DNA from: the human T2T-CHM13v2.0 reference genome, Homo sapiens
Reading direction: 5' to 3' (one strand)
DNA: 64,000 nucleotides
Assembly: GCF_009914755.1 (NCBI RefSeq)
Contig: NC_060932.1
Shown in pieces: positions 1-14,724 of this stretch (the first letter of the stretch is position 1; each line of letters opens with the position of its first letter). The notes beneath the pieces are model-generated. The model worked only from the letters and a program-made list of their open reading frames with translations. It was not told the DNA's origin and did not search any database. A program made the position numbers and the translations under genes.

Positions 1-2345
1 TTAAAAAAAATCAAATCTTAGAAGTGAATTTAAATAAAAATGTATAGACCTACACAGGATGAAGGTGTACAACTTTATTATGAGACATTAAAAATACCTG
101 TAGCAAGTAAATATTTATAAATAAATGGAGGGAAGCACAATGCCCATTGATTAGAATACTTGATATCAAAAAGCATAATTTCTAAAACTGATTTATAGAT
201 TTATATTTAATATCAAGTAAAGTTACAATAGAATATTTTAATGGCTTTTTACAAGCTTATTTAAATTTTTAAATAAAAATGCAAATGGCCAAGAATAGTC
301 AAGACACTTGAAAAATATGAACAAATGAAGGGTATGTCCTCTTAGCATCAAGATGTATTATAAAGCTCTAATAATCACTGCAGTGTAGTATTGGATCAGA
401 AATAAATAGGTCAATATGACAGAGTAGAGAGTTCAGAGGGGGAAAACCCTCACATGTATTGCAGTTTTATTTATGACAAAAATGGCACTATAGAGCAATG
501 GGAAAGGACAGTCTTGATGATAAATAATGCAGAGACAATTATGTATCTATATGAATGAAATTAGGCCCCTAATCCACACCATACCACACATATGTATGAG
601 GTAGATCAATCTCAATATAGTAGACAAAATGTAAACTTAGAAGAGCATATAGGAAAATATCTTAAAAGACCTTGGAATAAATAAATTTCCTTAAAACAAG
701 AAATATAAAGCATTAAGCATAAAGAAAATGATTATTAAACTTCACTATATTATTTTTAAGAACTTTTGTTTACCAGAAGGTACTATATAAAACATGAAAA
801 AATAAGTCAGAGTGGAAGAAGATAGATGTAACTTATAAAATGCAGAAAGGACTGCTTTCTACTACAAATCAACGAGTAAAAAAAGGCAAACAACTCAATA
901 GAAAAATAAGCAAAAAACATGAACAGGCATTTCACATAAAGGGACATTTTCTAAGTTACCAAAATATATACATATAGGAATATGCTTGACTTCACTATTA
1001 TTATTCACAGCTATTATTGGGGAAATGCAAATTAAATAACTCTATATGTATGATATTGGTCAAAATGGAAAAATCTGACAATACCAAGGATTGGTGAGGA
1101 TATAGGGCAACAAGAAGTCTCCTACAAAGTCGGTGGTAGTATAAACTCTTACAAGTTGAGTATCACTCATCTGAAATGTTTATGACCGGCAGTGTTTTAT
1201 ATTTTGAATTTCTTTGGATTTTGGAATATTTATTTATGCATTATAAGGTATCTTAGTAATGGTACCCAACTCTAAACACGAAATTAATTTATGTTTTATA
1301 TACACCCTATACACATAGTCTGAAGGTAATTTTATACAATATTTTAAATAATTTTGGGCATAAAACAAAGTTTGTGTGCATTTAACCATCAGAAAGCAAA
1401 TGATGTGGACAATCATCTCCGGTTGTTTGGCATTACCATCACTCCTGACTGAATTTATATGCTACTAATAAGCTATCATTTTCTTACATTTATTCCCATG
1501 TAAGTACTGAACAGTAACAATTATGACATACCATTAAGATAGTAAAATGATGTGTTCAAGGTAACTTATGATGTCATGTTGACATTCAGAAAGTTTTGGA
1601 TTTTGGAGCATTTCGGATTTTGCATTTTCTGATTACCATCTGTGCATCCACCTTGGAAAACGGTTTGGCAATGTCTTATAAAGTTGAAGATACACATATC
1701 CTGTGATCAGCAATTCTGCTCTTAGTTGTACATCCTGAAGAAATGATAATTTATGTGCAGCCAAGTACACACACAAGAATATTCACAATAATATTGTTTG
1801 TAACTGTCCAAACCTGGAAATAACTCAGGTGTCCAACTAAAGCAGCAGGTATGTATAAATTGTGACATATTTATACAATTGAGTTTTTACTTAATATATT
1901 TGTTATATGTTATACTGACATAATAATGAAAATTATATACATCTTATAAACAATGTTGGGGAAAAAAGCAAGACAAATGAAAACATATAGTAAGGTTCTA
2001 ATTTCATTCATATAAACTTAGATGAATAAAAAAGCTGAATTATATTAATTTCTGCACTTCTAAGACAATTACAAAAAGAATCTCTTAATATTTGTATCTG
2101 GAGGAGTTACAAGATTTTTCATAAAATTGTTTATTAATTCCCCAAAACTGGAAATAAGCAAAACACCCATTAGCAGTACAATGGACAAATAATATGTAGA
2201 ATGTTTTTGTAAGAGGATAAAATACATAGTATAATATCAATTGAATTACAACATATAATATGTTGTAAATCAATATACAACATAATAAAATAGAATATAA
2301 ATATATGAATGAACTGCATGGACCCACATTAACATGGATGCATCT
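1..2345 (+). mobile_element. Ancient L1 (L1M-type) ORF2 3' region and 3'UTR fragments, interrupted by a DNA transposon
   Basis: Degenerate L1 motifs such as tattataaagct, aaacatgaacaggcatttcac, ggaaatgcaaattaaa, accaaggattggtgagga and ttggaaaacggtttggca. Confidence 0.75.
1152..1642 (+). mobile_element. MER46/Tigger4-type non-autonomous Tc1-mariner DNA transposon
   Basis: Starts TA|caagttgagtatc (Tigger4 TIR-like), carries ggattttggaatatt and tttggattttggagcatttcggatttt blocks, and sits inside the L1. Confidence 0.7.
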
Positions 2346-3844
2346 CAGATGTCAGCTTTTCTGGTCTTTTCTAGTTTATTGTGGCAAATTTACTTTTACC
2401 TGCCTTGTGCTCTCAGAGAACACTTATGTAATACTAGAATAATACTTACTTAACTTCTTGAGTGCCTTGCTCTCTTTCTGAACTGAAAAATTTTTAAGGG
2501 AGTTTCTTACTTCTGCATCCTGACCAGGCCCACTTTGCACAGAACAGTAGCTGATGGGCATGATCACCTTTGCTGGGTCCTCGTGAAACTCTTTGGTACC
2601 CAGTGGCCCTTCGATACTTGCCAGACATAGTTTATCAGAACACTTCTGACATCCTTCTTCTCTCCCCTCCAAAGTTTCCTCAGTCCTCTTATCTCTCTCT
2701 CTTGTTCAAGTAACGCCCTGCTGTACTCTCCTATGCTTTAAATGCTGAGGTTATGTGCACTGTGCTTATTTTTTATTTCACTTCTTAATTTAATCCCTAA
2801 AACCTGTAACTTTGTTTCATTACCTTTACATTTTTACTTCTGTGACTCTGATTCTGTCCTTAATTATGTTTGAAATTAGTATTATCTTCATATTGTTTTT
2901 TATCTTATGCTATGAGATAGGCTTTGTTGTATTCTATAGATAGAAAATACCCAGTATGTATGTGCATACCAGACACAATAATAGATCAGGGCATTTTTTT
3001 CCTATGAGCCAAAGTAGCCTCAGAATCCTCTCAACATGTTGTTGTAAGAAGCTACTACAAATGGAGTTTACATGCAGCTGAGATCTAATTGCCATTCCAG
3101 CTTTATTTCATTCTGTGACATAATAACAGATTAATGTTAAATCACTTCTACTTTAAAAAATCCATCCTGTTCTTAATAAATTATAATGGTTTCCTTCTGA
3201 GGATCAAGTACTACTCCCTAGCATGGCACCTAAAAGGCTTCCTTATCCTTTCAAATTGCTTTCCTTCTTACCACACATTATACAAGCTCTCCATCCCAGC
3301 CAGACAAATCCATTTATGGCTCCAACATCTAACTTAATCATTTCTGGGTCTAAGCCTCTATTTGGATTCTCATAACTAGAACTATCTCCCTTTTCTTCCA
3401 ATCCAAATTTTATACTTTTTCTGAGGTTTAATAGAGAAGTAAAATATATTGAAGGTACACACTTCTTTTCAATCTTGTTAGGGAGAAAAAAGTCAACTAG
3501 ATCTGTATGGAAGAATTCTCAGTCAAGTGCAGACTGGGATTCAGTATCTTCACCTATAAAGTGGAATTCATAGTAATAGTGAAACAGAGAAATTACCACA
3601 TGCTTTAATCAATCACATATTGCCTATATGGTTATAGAGTCATTTTATTTATGCATATTTTCCTCCTAACTAGATTTTAAGGTAAATAATGCATTTTTAA
3701 TTTCCATTGTATTATCCTTCATTGTCCAATGAACAAAATGTTTGTATAGCAATTCACAGGACATTATTCTCAATAACTAAAATAGGTAATAGGCAAACGC
3801 TCTACTCTTCATTTTAAAATAATTAAAATAATTACAAGAACACT

Positions 3845-3945
3845 CTTCATTTTACTGATGAAGTTGAGGCCCGTATGGGAGACTTAACTTGCTCTGGATC
3901 ATGCAGCTAGTTAGGGGTAGTAGAGGCAGGACTTAAGTCCCTGTT
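3845..3945 (-). mobile_element. MIR fragment
   Basis: cattttactgatgaagttgaggc...catgcagctagttagg resembles the MIR core in antisense. Confidence 0.6.
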
Positions 3946-4977
3946 GAAAGTAGGCTATATACATGAAAGGGGATACTTAAAATTGAGATTCAAGAGGATT
4001 GGTCTAAATGCAGCCTGCATGGAAGGAAGCAAGAATGATAGGGCAATAATAATCTAGAGAAGAGGAGTGAAGTTTCTATCTTCCTCTTCTTTGGTCACCA
4101 GGTTATGAAAATGGAGATGAAGGACTCAGAAGAGATTTCAGCAGTGTAATGAACACCAGCTGGAACTGTTTGGAAGTTGGAGTAAGGGAGAGAACAATAC
4201 AAATGATGATTCCGAAACTTTGAAACTCTCAAACTGGGAATAATAGGGAAGCCAGGAAAACAGCTAAAAGGAAAAGTGAGTTTAGGTAGGACAATGGTAA
4301 ACTTAAACTAAATAAAGTCATCCAGGAGACATCAAGTGGGTTTTGGGGACTACAGAATAGATCTAGAAGTGATTAAAGGAAGAAAAGACATAAACTGAGT
4401 AAGGGAATGGGCAAGAAGGAAGAGATTTAAAAATAGCCCTCTCCCCTAAAAATCGTTTCAGAAGGAAAAGATTTGTAGTTGAGCACATGATAGAATAATC
4501 AAAATATATGAAGCAGGGTTACATCAATTATGAAGTGGAAATCATGCTATTTCTCTTAGTAAAAATAAAAATTTCTCAATTTTTAGAGACATCTTCCATT
4601 ACCACTTTTAGTAGTTTGAGTCTCCAAAACACTTCAGTCAGTTTATGTCAATACGAAGAGGCACTCTGTTGAGGTCTTTCTGAGCATTATGACTTGCTGG
4701 GTCTACCTCCACTGCCTAGTCATCTACTTAACTTCCAATCATTATCAAGTCTCAGCTCACACATCACATTCTTCCATTCACTCCTGCATTAATTCATGCT
4801 CTTGTTCACTCAGTTAATCTTTCTTGTACATATTGAACATCTAATAAATCCTGGGCACAACAATGAATGCTGGATATTCAAGGATGAAGAAAGTAGACAT
4901 GAATTCTGCCATCATAGACCTTGAAATCTAAACAAGTTCCCACCCTTATTACTCATTTCCCAAATAAACAATGCAGG

Positions 4978-5495
4978 TATATTAGTTTCCTATTGCTGCT
5001 GTAATAAATTGCCATGAATTTAGTGGCTTAAAACAGCACGGATTTGTTATTTTACAGTTCTAGATGACAGAAGTCACTGAAATGAGTCTGGAGATAAAAT
5101 CAAGTTTTGGCAGGGCTGCATTCCTTCTGGAGGGTCTAGAGGAGAACTCATATCCTTGCCCTTTCCAACTTTCAGAGGCCATCTGTATTCCTTGGGTCAT
5201 GGCCCTGTCCTCCATTTGCAAGCTGCCAGTGTGACATCATCAAATCTCTCCTCTCTCATCTTCAAATCTCAGAAGAGATGTGGTCTCTTCTGTCACCACA
5301 TCTTCTCTGACCTCGAACCTCCTGTCTCCTTGTATGACACTGGGCCTACCTGAAAAATCTAGGATAACCTGCCCATCTCAACATCCTTAAATTAATCAAA
5401 TCTACAAAGTCCCTTTTGCCATGTAAGCAACATATTCGCAGTTTCTGGAGATTAAAATGCGTGCATCCTTAAGGGGCATTATTCTGTCCATCACA
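4978..5495 (-). mobile_element. MaLR solo LTR (MLT1C/D-like)
   Basis: tattagtttcctattgctgctgtaataaattgcca...aagtcccttttgccatgtaag...attctgtccatcaca, typical MLT1 antisense ends. Confidence 0.8.
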
Positions 5496-5569
5496 CAAGG
5501 TCTCCTTCATCTCCATAGCATTTTCTGCCCATCTCCAGCCCTCATCACACTTTAATTTACTAGTTCAAC

Positions 5570-5700
5570 TGACTAGTTTCCCTACCTGATTGTGAGTCTG
5601 TTGAGGGCAGTGATTACTGTCTTCCTTGTTCATCATTGTACTTACATTTTCTAGGACAGTGCTTAGAGTAGGCACTCAATACATCTATATTAGCTGACTG
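5570..5700 (+). mobile_element. L2 3' end fragment
   Basis: tgtgagtctgttgagggcagtg...gtaggcactcaatacatct. Confidence 0.55.
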
Positions 5701-5704
5701 CTGG

Positions 5705-5742
5705 GAGGAAGAAGGAAGGAAGGAAGGAAAGAAGGAAAGAAA
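5705..5742 (+). repeat. (GGAA)n-like purine microsatellite
   Basis: gaggaagaaggaaggaaggaaggaaagaaggaaagaaa read directly. Confidence 0.85.
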
Positions 5743-7567
5743 TGTTCAATAATATGTGCACGTGTTTTCCAAAGGCAATGCTGTGGTTTGTCTTCAATAT
5801 TTATCTTCTTATTTTCTTGAGAAATTCGAGATATAAACCTGCTTTTCAATAGTTAATTGATATCAACAGAAAATACTTTCTTTTAAAAAATTATGAGTTA
5901 CTCACAGACTGTCAAGAATCTTTGAAGTATATAAAAAGCACTCTTAAATTATGCAACTATGAATATTTTTTAATTAAAGAAGTTAATGAATATTCCACAG
6001 GAGAGAGCTGGCTTCCACAGTCTGGAGTTAATTACCCACCCACACCTGATGGTTAATTTCTTTCTGAAATGTTGTTTTTGTGTAGATAAAGCCCATAATT
6101 TACCACATTCCACATGGGTATAGATTAGTTGTCTCCTTTGCACATGCTCCAAGCTTACCTCATTTTGCTTAAGGCAGGAAATTAGCTGTACATTCACTTT
6201 ACTCTTTTCTAGGATTATATGATTTTTATTGCTCTGGTTGATTTCCTTAGGAGTATAGAACACAAGGTTATAGCCATAAAATTAGTGCAATGGCAGAACT
6301 GAAAGGATACTGTGTAAAAGAAAACTTCACTTATTTTTGGAAAAATGTTAGAAATGTCCATTGTATTTAAATTTTCATTTGGGTGAATGGGTAACTTTAC
6401 CATTAAGACTGTGTTTTTTCATTTAGAAGAAAATCATGAATTGCCTCTCTTCAAATAGCTTACTTAAATTATTATCCACAACTATAAGGCATAAGCCTGT
6501 TGTTTTGCTTTACTTTATTTTTATTTTTGGATGGCCTGAAAATATACAAATACTTCAATTAAAGGGATAGCACAGAGGAAGTTGGATAAAAAAATAAAGA
6601 CGAAGCAAACATGGCATGAACACACTCTCAGACAATGGAAGGGACATTTTAAAATCACTATTGATAAAGCCCCAAACACTTTCAGAGTTAATAATCTATC
6701 ATCATGTACATTATGAGATAATTACAAGAAAATAAAGGAAATTGCAAGTACAATTTAGAAGTGAAATATGGTAGGATAGAAAAGGAACAAAAACTTGTTT
6801 AAGAATTTTCAATACCTTTTAATCACCATTTTCTAGTCAATTAAATGCAGTTATCAATCTCTCTAAGTAACATATACACAGATTGTTTTTCACTGTAATT
6901 TTTTTTAAGTTCAGAATGACAAATAAGTTTTTGATCAGCTAGTAGTGGCTTCCTGAAGCACTGAATTGATGGAAATTGTAAGGTCTTGTTTGACCTCAGT
7001 GGAAAAAAATATCAAAATTCATTAGCCATGTTTGCCATGGCTGTGGATAGGGATGATTGAACTCACGTCAGACAGTTATAGATAATAATTTATGGAGCAT
7101 CTTCCAGGAAAAGCAATGCATTGAAATATTTTCCAAATAAAACAACTGCTAATATTCTTTCAGATTACAGTTTCTTTCTAGCAAGCCTGTCTTATAGACA
7201 TTACTATTATGTTTGGTAGTAAATAAATAATAAGGCTTAAATATCTTAGAAAAATTCATAATCTATTAATTCTTAATATTTAAGTTAAATATGAATGCTA
7301 ATTTTTTCTACGGAAATTTTTGAACAAATTTTAGATTGCAGATTATTTTGAAATATGTACTATTTTATAAAAGAGGTATCATTTGGTAAAAACAAGTAAG
7401 TGGATAAAAAAGGGCAAAATTTGACATCAATTTGTGTCATCATTGTTATTTTAAGATGTATTGTCAAATATGTCAGTGGTTTAAGTCTTTCATTTAATCA
7501 AAGCCATTGGATTTTTAAAACTTACTGATGATTTTCTTTATATTTAATAAGAGTACCCACGTTTAAG

Positions 7568-7782
7568 CAGTGATATGTTGGTGAATAACAAATGATTCTT
7601 GGAGTGGGGATATAAGGTCGGATGGTGGAGAAGTTCTGATCTGTAGCATTTGCCAATTTCCATGGTGTAAATATTTCTACTATCACTGATTTTAAGCTAC
7701 CAACATGCTGTCATTAAGCATGGAAGATATATACACAACTGACTTTCAAGAACTGGCATCATCTGGCCCCAACTCATTACTG
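7568..7782 (-). mobile_element. MER63-like hAT-Blackjack MITE
   Basis: Ends cagtgatatgttgg and aactcattactg, with internal tgtagcatttgccaatttccatggtgtaaatatt...aagctaccaac. Confidence 0.6.
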
Positions 7783-9061
7783 ACTTTAAAGAAACCATAT
7801 AAATTTTATTTTCTAAAAAAAGTTTGAAAAAGTCAGTGTAAGAAATCTTCAAATATTAAGCTCCAATATACATTGTAAACATGATTAGTCTTACTAATTT
7901 TTAAATCTTACTTTGTAAGAAAACATCTAACTCCATTATATATATTTTACCTATGTATATTATATAAATTTTTTATGTTTTCTCAGAAAGTTTACCTAAT
8001 ATTTAATTGTTAGAGATTTTTATACTGTGAAAATTTAATAGAACATTTCCAAAAATGCATTTATGACCAGTCAACATTCCACTGTTGATTAGAAGAAGTA
8101 CTCTCTGCGTAGAGTATTTTTCTATTTCCTGCAATCTTAATACTTTCCTATCTGTGATAATAAGCCAGGGCATATGATACCTGAAAATATAAATAAAAGC
8201 CTCTGCATTAGTAGAGATAAATCTTATGTTTAATTAGGCAAATAATGAATGATAGTGATTACAGTTGAGTGGTCAGTAGATGAGCTATGTTGTGGCTATT
8301 TTCAATTTTGCTTGAGGTTCTAGTTTACCATTTCAGGCCGAAGGAAACATAGCCTGAATGTCCACTAACCACTTAGCCCCCCTTGCCCTGGGAACAGCAG
8401 AACAGAAGGCACTACTGGAGTACCTGGCATATAGTTGGTCCTCATTAAATGGTTGAATGGGAGCAGAGGGAGTTTGAGATCTTAAGCTGTCATTAGTGTT
8501 TGATTAAGGCTGTCCACATGGTTAGAATGCATACACGTCTACATTACTTCTCCTTTTTGGAATCTGATATATCCTGCAAGGCTGCTTTTTGCATTAAGTC
8601 TTCCCTGATTACTCCAAAGAGACTACTCTGTTTTGTAAATTCACGTTTTTATTCATTTTATCATTTTAATCATGTCATTTATATACCATTGCTATCCTTG
8701 ACACTCAAAAGTATTATAAGCTCCTAAAGAAAGGAATAAGACCTCACTCATATTTGTTATCACCCACTCCTTAAAAAAATTACTCCTTAAAAGTTACTGA
8801 TTATTTAGTGTTATTATCCACTCCTTCTTGAACATAGTACAAACATAACATAGTTATTATTCAGTTAAAGCATGTTATTGGATTAATATAAATACAGATC
8901 TAAAGATGAAACTGAAAACCAAGTCTTATACCTGACTACCACTTTTCAAATACATAGAAATTACTTTGTAGCATTTCTCCTTTTCCTAACAGTTACTGTC
9001 ATATATAAATTTTCAGTGTTCATTTTTTATTTTACTGCTTTTTTTAAATCTGTAAGCAGGA

Positions 9062-9350
<289 letters not shown>

Positions 9351-9692
9351 TGAGAAAGAACCACAGTCCCACTTTTATGTAGCCACTATACAGAAAAACC
9401 TTGAACATTTTAAATGGCAACGCTATTTAAATTAAGAATTAATTTTTTCAGAGAATTTCATAATAATTAATGAATTTGAATTTAAGTGATAGACTTTGCC
9501 TACAGTGGTGGGGGAATCAGCATATGTGATTTGCTCTGAAAGCCACATCACTCCTCGGAGGGACCCCAAATGTGGCCTGTCACTGTTAAGAAATAGGTCA
9601 TATCATGTAAGGAAATCGTGGCCCTAAGAATATCAGTCAAAAAGAGGTCATGAACTCCTAAGTAAAATCTTGTTGTTTTCATCAGGTAGATT

Positions 9693-9857
9693 CAGAGGCC
9701 GATTTACTATGAACCGAATGAAGCTTAATTTTCAGGGCCTGTCATACAGATCCCTTCCAAGGCTGTGGGACAAGCCCTAGCAATGGAGTTTTTTTTTTTT
9801 AGAGTGATTCCAAAATTGTATACGCTTCAGGCACCACAAAACGGGGCTCTACTCCGG
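9693..9857 (+). mobile_element. Arthur1A/MER69-like hAT-Tip100 MITE
   Basis: cagaggccgatttactatgaaccgaatgaagcttaattttcagggcc...cttcaggcaccacaaaac. Confidence 0.6.
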
Positions 9858-10265
9858 GCATACCTACTAAGGAAACATTGTGATATTGTGGAAAAGGTAC
9901 TATTCAGAATGTCTAGAGACTTTGCTTCTGTCTGTGTTTAGCACTAACTTGCCAGATATTCTTTAAAAATTATTTAAACTTTTAAACTGAACCTCAGTTT
10001 GTCCATGTATGAAATGATACTGGTAATTAACCTATTTTGTCTTCTTCTTTGAGTCATGTCATAATCACCTGAAATTGCATTCCAGTAATACAAAATCAGA
10101 GAGTTCAGGAATAATTAATAATTTACTGAAAAATGTAAAAATTAAAAGTGTTTAGAATTACTGTTGTTAAACATGAGGCCACTGTTACCCTCCCACCAGT
10201 CAACAAAGCCAGCAGCAGAAGTCTCTTAAAACTCTCCCTAACTCAAGTCTCTGTTTCTCCTACAG

Positions 10266-10366
10266 AAGAAGCTTCACAGTCCTGCCCTAATGAGAAGTGT
10301 TATTTAATCCTGGATTGCAGTGGATTTACCTTTTTTGACTATTCTGGAGTCTCCATGCTTGTTGAG
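10266..10366 (+). CDS. SLC26A7: SLC26A7 internal coding exon (STAS domain; [34 protein letters not shown])
   Basis: Acceptor ctgtttctcctacag ends at 10265 and donor GAG|gtattt starts at 10367 (101 nt). The translation contains the STAS motif [15 protein letters not shown] (cf. ilD.s.v.fiD.sg) and matches the recalled SLC26A7 C-terminal region. Confidence 0.95.
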
Positions 10367-10979
10367 GTATTTATGGAACTTGTGTTTAGAACTGTTTCTT
10401 CCCTTTTGTTCAGTAACAGGGGTTTTCACCACCTTCTCTCCATAGTCTTGAGCCTGCTTGTTGCAATACTCATCTCACCCCATTATTTACAAAGGACGTA
10501 GAACTTTGCCTACCATCACTGTAGATTTGTTTTCAGGAGATCCTATTCAGCTTCTAGTTGTATGTATGTGTGAGGGTCAGGGATCAGAATATTTGCATGG
10601 GGTAGTCAGAGAGAACAGTACATAGACTTGAGATACAGTGGGCATAGGATCTCCTAGGCAGTCAATTTACAAGGATTCTAGGAAGGAGAAAAGCCCATTC
10701 TAGAGCACAGGCTGCATAAGTAAGTGCCTTGATGATGGCAGGAGGTTTTCTCTTACATCACGGTTGGGTACAGTTTGGCCTAATACCATTTCTGGTCTCA
10801 CAAGTAGTGCCCAATGCAGGGGCTTTTCTCTGTTCTCTCAGGCAATGGTGCTTCTTTCTCTACCCTGTGATCTGCATGTGGTTTCCATGATCCAGGTATG
10901 CAAAAAATAACACTCCACTTATGGCTTTAAAACTGACATAGCTTCCAAACCTCATTTCCACAGATGGAAGAACACCTAA

Positions 10980-11331
<352 letters not shown>

Positions 11332-11699
11332 TCCTTCTTTTTTTAGTAAATACTAAGTCAACAGGGAATTCACCTTCTTTCTTATTTCTTTTTGTTCTTT
11401 CCCTCAATACCCTGAATTGGTGGTGGTGGGACGTCTTGAGGGTGGGGCAGCATCTGTTCTTTGGTTTCCCCAGTCTTCTGCCAGCTTCTGAGCCTGTGAA
11501 TCGGCTCACCTCATCTTCAGGTGTTTACTTCCCAGAGGTTTTCTTACTCAGACCACCTAGAGCCTCCCTGCGTGGCTTGACATTGAGCCAAATAATTAAA
11601 ACCTTATGGAAATTTCTAGAGTTCTTTCCTCACCATTGATCTCTCCCTGAGCTCTGGTTGTGTCTGTGCAGCTCAGGGAAGCTGCCACATTTTTAATGG

Positions 11700-11935
11700 G
11701 TCCCCCTCATCATGCCAGGACCCAGAAACTGCTTTGCGGCAGAAAGCTGCCATGATCGGAGGGCTCACCCCATTTGTCCACCTTTCTCAGGAAACTCAGC
11801 CACCCTGTGCTGCCCTGCCTGGTGCCGATTGTCTAAACATGGTTGTTATATATTTTTGTCCAGTTGTGTACTTCTTTGTGGAGGAGGGGATAGTCTTGTA
11901 TTAGTTACACAGCATGGTCAGAAAGTGGAAACCAG
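11700..11935 (-). mobile_element. Ancient L1 5'-region fragment
   Basis: gggctcacc...tgtctaaacatggttgttatatatttttgtccagtt...agttacacagcatggtcagaaagtggaa resembles L1M 5' ends. Confidence 0.5.
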
Positions 11936-12589
11936 ACATTGACTTTTAAAGGATTCAGATCAGAATCCTTGAAAAGGTCTCATGTTGTGGACTGGGATTG
12001 TTTTCTTGTGGTGTAGCATACCTTGTGTCTCTATTCATTTATATCTTAAATTTACTTTGAAATGTCCAGCCTTTCAAACTCAGGATAGTACAAAGGTCAA
12101 CATTAGTGTTGCTTTCCTGTGAAGATACGGGTGGGAGTGTGTGTAGGGGAATTGCTTAGTATGTGGAAGTCACAGCATAGTCCCAGCTGCATCACACTAG
12201 CTAAGGTGTGGGGGACATCATCTCACTTCTCTGGATCTCAGTTTATTCATTTTGTAAAAATGAGGCAGCGATTTTGTTTCAGAATTGGCAGATATTTCGA
12301 AAATAAAGAAATAGCTTAAAACAATTGAAGTTTAAGTATCAGAGGCCTGAAATCTAGTGGCTATTTTTAGCAAGTCGCCCTTTCTCCCCACCGAATATAT
12401 TTTTATTTGCTTGTGGTTCACTATAAAACCTTTTCACGGTTGGACTTAGGATTCAACCTGAATACTTCGTGTTTTCTTCTAGCTGAACCTAAATTGTAAA
12501 CACATGGTTCCTCTTCACAGGAGGGCCTCTTGTATTCGGCATTTTTATTTACTCTATGTTCCTAAAGTCTACAAGAGTCTCTTATAATT

Positions 12590-12730
12590 GTGTGTTTAAG
12601 GCTCTTCTGAGGTGCTCATTGAAAATGCAGTCTTCTGGGTTCTGGTTCTGACCTAGGAGCTTCATTTTAAACACCCATAGGTGATTCTGATGCAGGGGGC
12701 TCAAGGATCCTATTTTGAGAAACACTAGGA
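12590..12730. mobile_element. MER5-type hAT-Charlie MITE
   Basis: aaaatgcag...ggtgattctgatgcagg...ttttgagaaacactag. Confidence 0.55.
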
Positions 12731-13184
12731 TTTTTTTTTTTTTAAACTGGGAAAGGCCAGTATGGTTTTTGTTGTTGTTGTTGTTCAATTCCATTTTAAA
12801 TTGGTTTCTGAAATTATTAGCTTCCTTCTCTAGATATTACAAACAGGACTTAGGGTTAATAAAGAAAGAAGGAGAAATGGTTACCTACTCCCACTGAGTT
12901 TAAGATCCATGGCTGACAATTCAGAGAAATTCAAACAATCTTGGCACTGGACATGTTGAAAAAAGACTTATTTTTCATCATTCATCTTAGTGGTTTTAAA
13001 GATCTGTACACTGGAATGACAGGATCAATCAACTGATGCAATTTATTTTTAAATTGGCATAAAATGACATTCCCTTAGCCAGGTGTGTTTTATCTATATA
13101 TACAAAACCAGCAGTTTTGTATCAGTTTGCCCTTTTAAATTTCCTTATTATTCCTATTTTCTTTATTTCATTATGGTTACAGTA

Positions 13185-13420
13185 ACAGCGTGATCTATGT
13201 TAAGAACATAGACTTTAAAGATAGACTAAGCCTGGTTCCAAATATCATCTATGTACTAGTTCTGTGATCTGGACTTAAGTGTTTACTTGCTTTTCGGTAA
13301 ACTGGAAGTGGAAATACCCACTTCATCAAGTTGTTGTGAGGCTTAAAAATGATGTATTGCATATAAAACACCTAAGAAAGTGTCTAGCAGTTAGGAAGAA
13401 CTCAATAATGCTAGTTTCTG
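13185..13420 (+). mobile_element. MIR
   Basis: gttaagaacatagacttt...tactagttctgtgatct...gttgttgtgaggcttaaa...ctcaataatgctag. Confidence 0.65.
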
Positions 13421-14724
13421 TTATTTTTTCTCATTTTAAAAATGTCATTTCTGAAAGTGTAAATAATATCATTGCATATTATTTCTTAGTTCCAGCCACC
13501 ATGGAAGAAGGTTCAGAGTAAACAGCCACAAGGACTCTTCAGCCCTGCATGCCTTCATGCTTTCTAACAACACTCCTTGCATTGTTTTCTTAGTTGCTTT
13601 AGCATAAGAAACGTTCTCTTGGGAGTTGTAGGTTGAAGGAAGTAGGCTGACTTCTCTTTGTTCTTTTACTTGGGACATTGAGGAGGTCAGTGAACTGGAG
13701 ATTATATTTATCAGCATCAACAAACCACCCATAGCAATGTGTTTATGTTTCACTGAGTTTAAGAAAGAGTGAAACACTGGGAGGTCACCTTGAATTAATC
13801 ATTTTAACTTGCAAAAATGGGAGCCATTTATTCAATGGCAAAGATGCAGTCCATGCTTTTTGCTGTTTTCTCATTTATGCTTAGTAATATATCTCCCATT
13901 ATTTCACAATTCTTCTCACATAGAACTTCTTACTGCTGGAAGAATATGAATGAAATTTTGAATGTACAATGCACACTATTAGAATATATTGTAAATGCAC
14001 CTTTCTATATTTTATGTGTCAGATACATCACTGTTATATAACGAAATCCATCCTCTGGTAACTAAAACGCCTAAATTTACTTTTACAGAAGTTCATAGAC
14101 TGACTTTGATTTGGGTGAATTTAAGATCAGAGCCTTTAATAAGTTGTTTCTGCTTGAGATTTTCTAGGACTTAAAAGAGGCAAAACTCTTAAAAGAGGCC
14201 AAACAAATGAATTAGGATCTCTCATCTTGCATTCCTTTTAAAATGGAAGTTGGGTAATCAAACTTGGCTTGGATTATAGTGAGGTTCTCAATTTAACATT
14301 CATGCACCGGGTTTGTAGAGCCCGTGAATATATCCAAATTATTGTAAAATATTAAAGCAAGCAGTAGGTCTGCAGCTTTCTTCACTTTCACAAATGGGTC
14401 CTTGTCTTCTATTAAAAGAGGTTGAAAACAATTTTATATCATTCTTATAGGGCAGCAGAGGCACTGTTTTTACTTTTATTAAATGATGTGGAAAAGGTAA
14501 GCAGTCAAATTTAGTTGCAATAAAGGTAGATGCCCTGCTGTATTAATCTTAGTCTTTTAGACGCTTGCCAGATTATGCCTGACTGTGTAACAATGCCTCC
14601 CTCTGGTGGTTTGACTTCGTAAACATCGGCTTTAAAGAAAGTTTGATTTCTTCTGAAGCCCATCTTATTTCCTCCTGCTGGCTATTCTGAATTAATTGTG
14701 GGTATCCTATTTTAATTCTTCCAG

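Noticed and set aside
10148-10501. 117-aa ORF as a standalone gene
   Set aside because: Only 10266-10366 is bounded by splice sites and STAS-like. The rest is intronic read-through.
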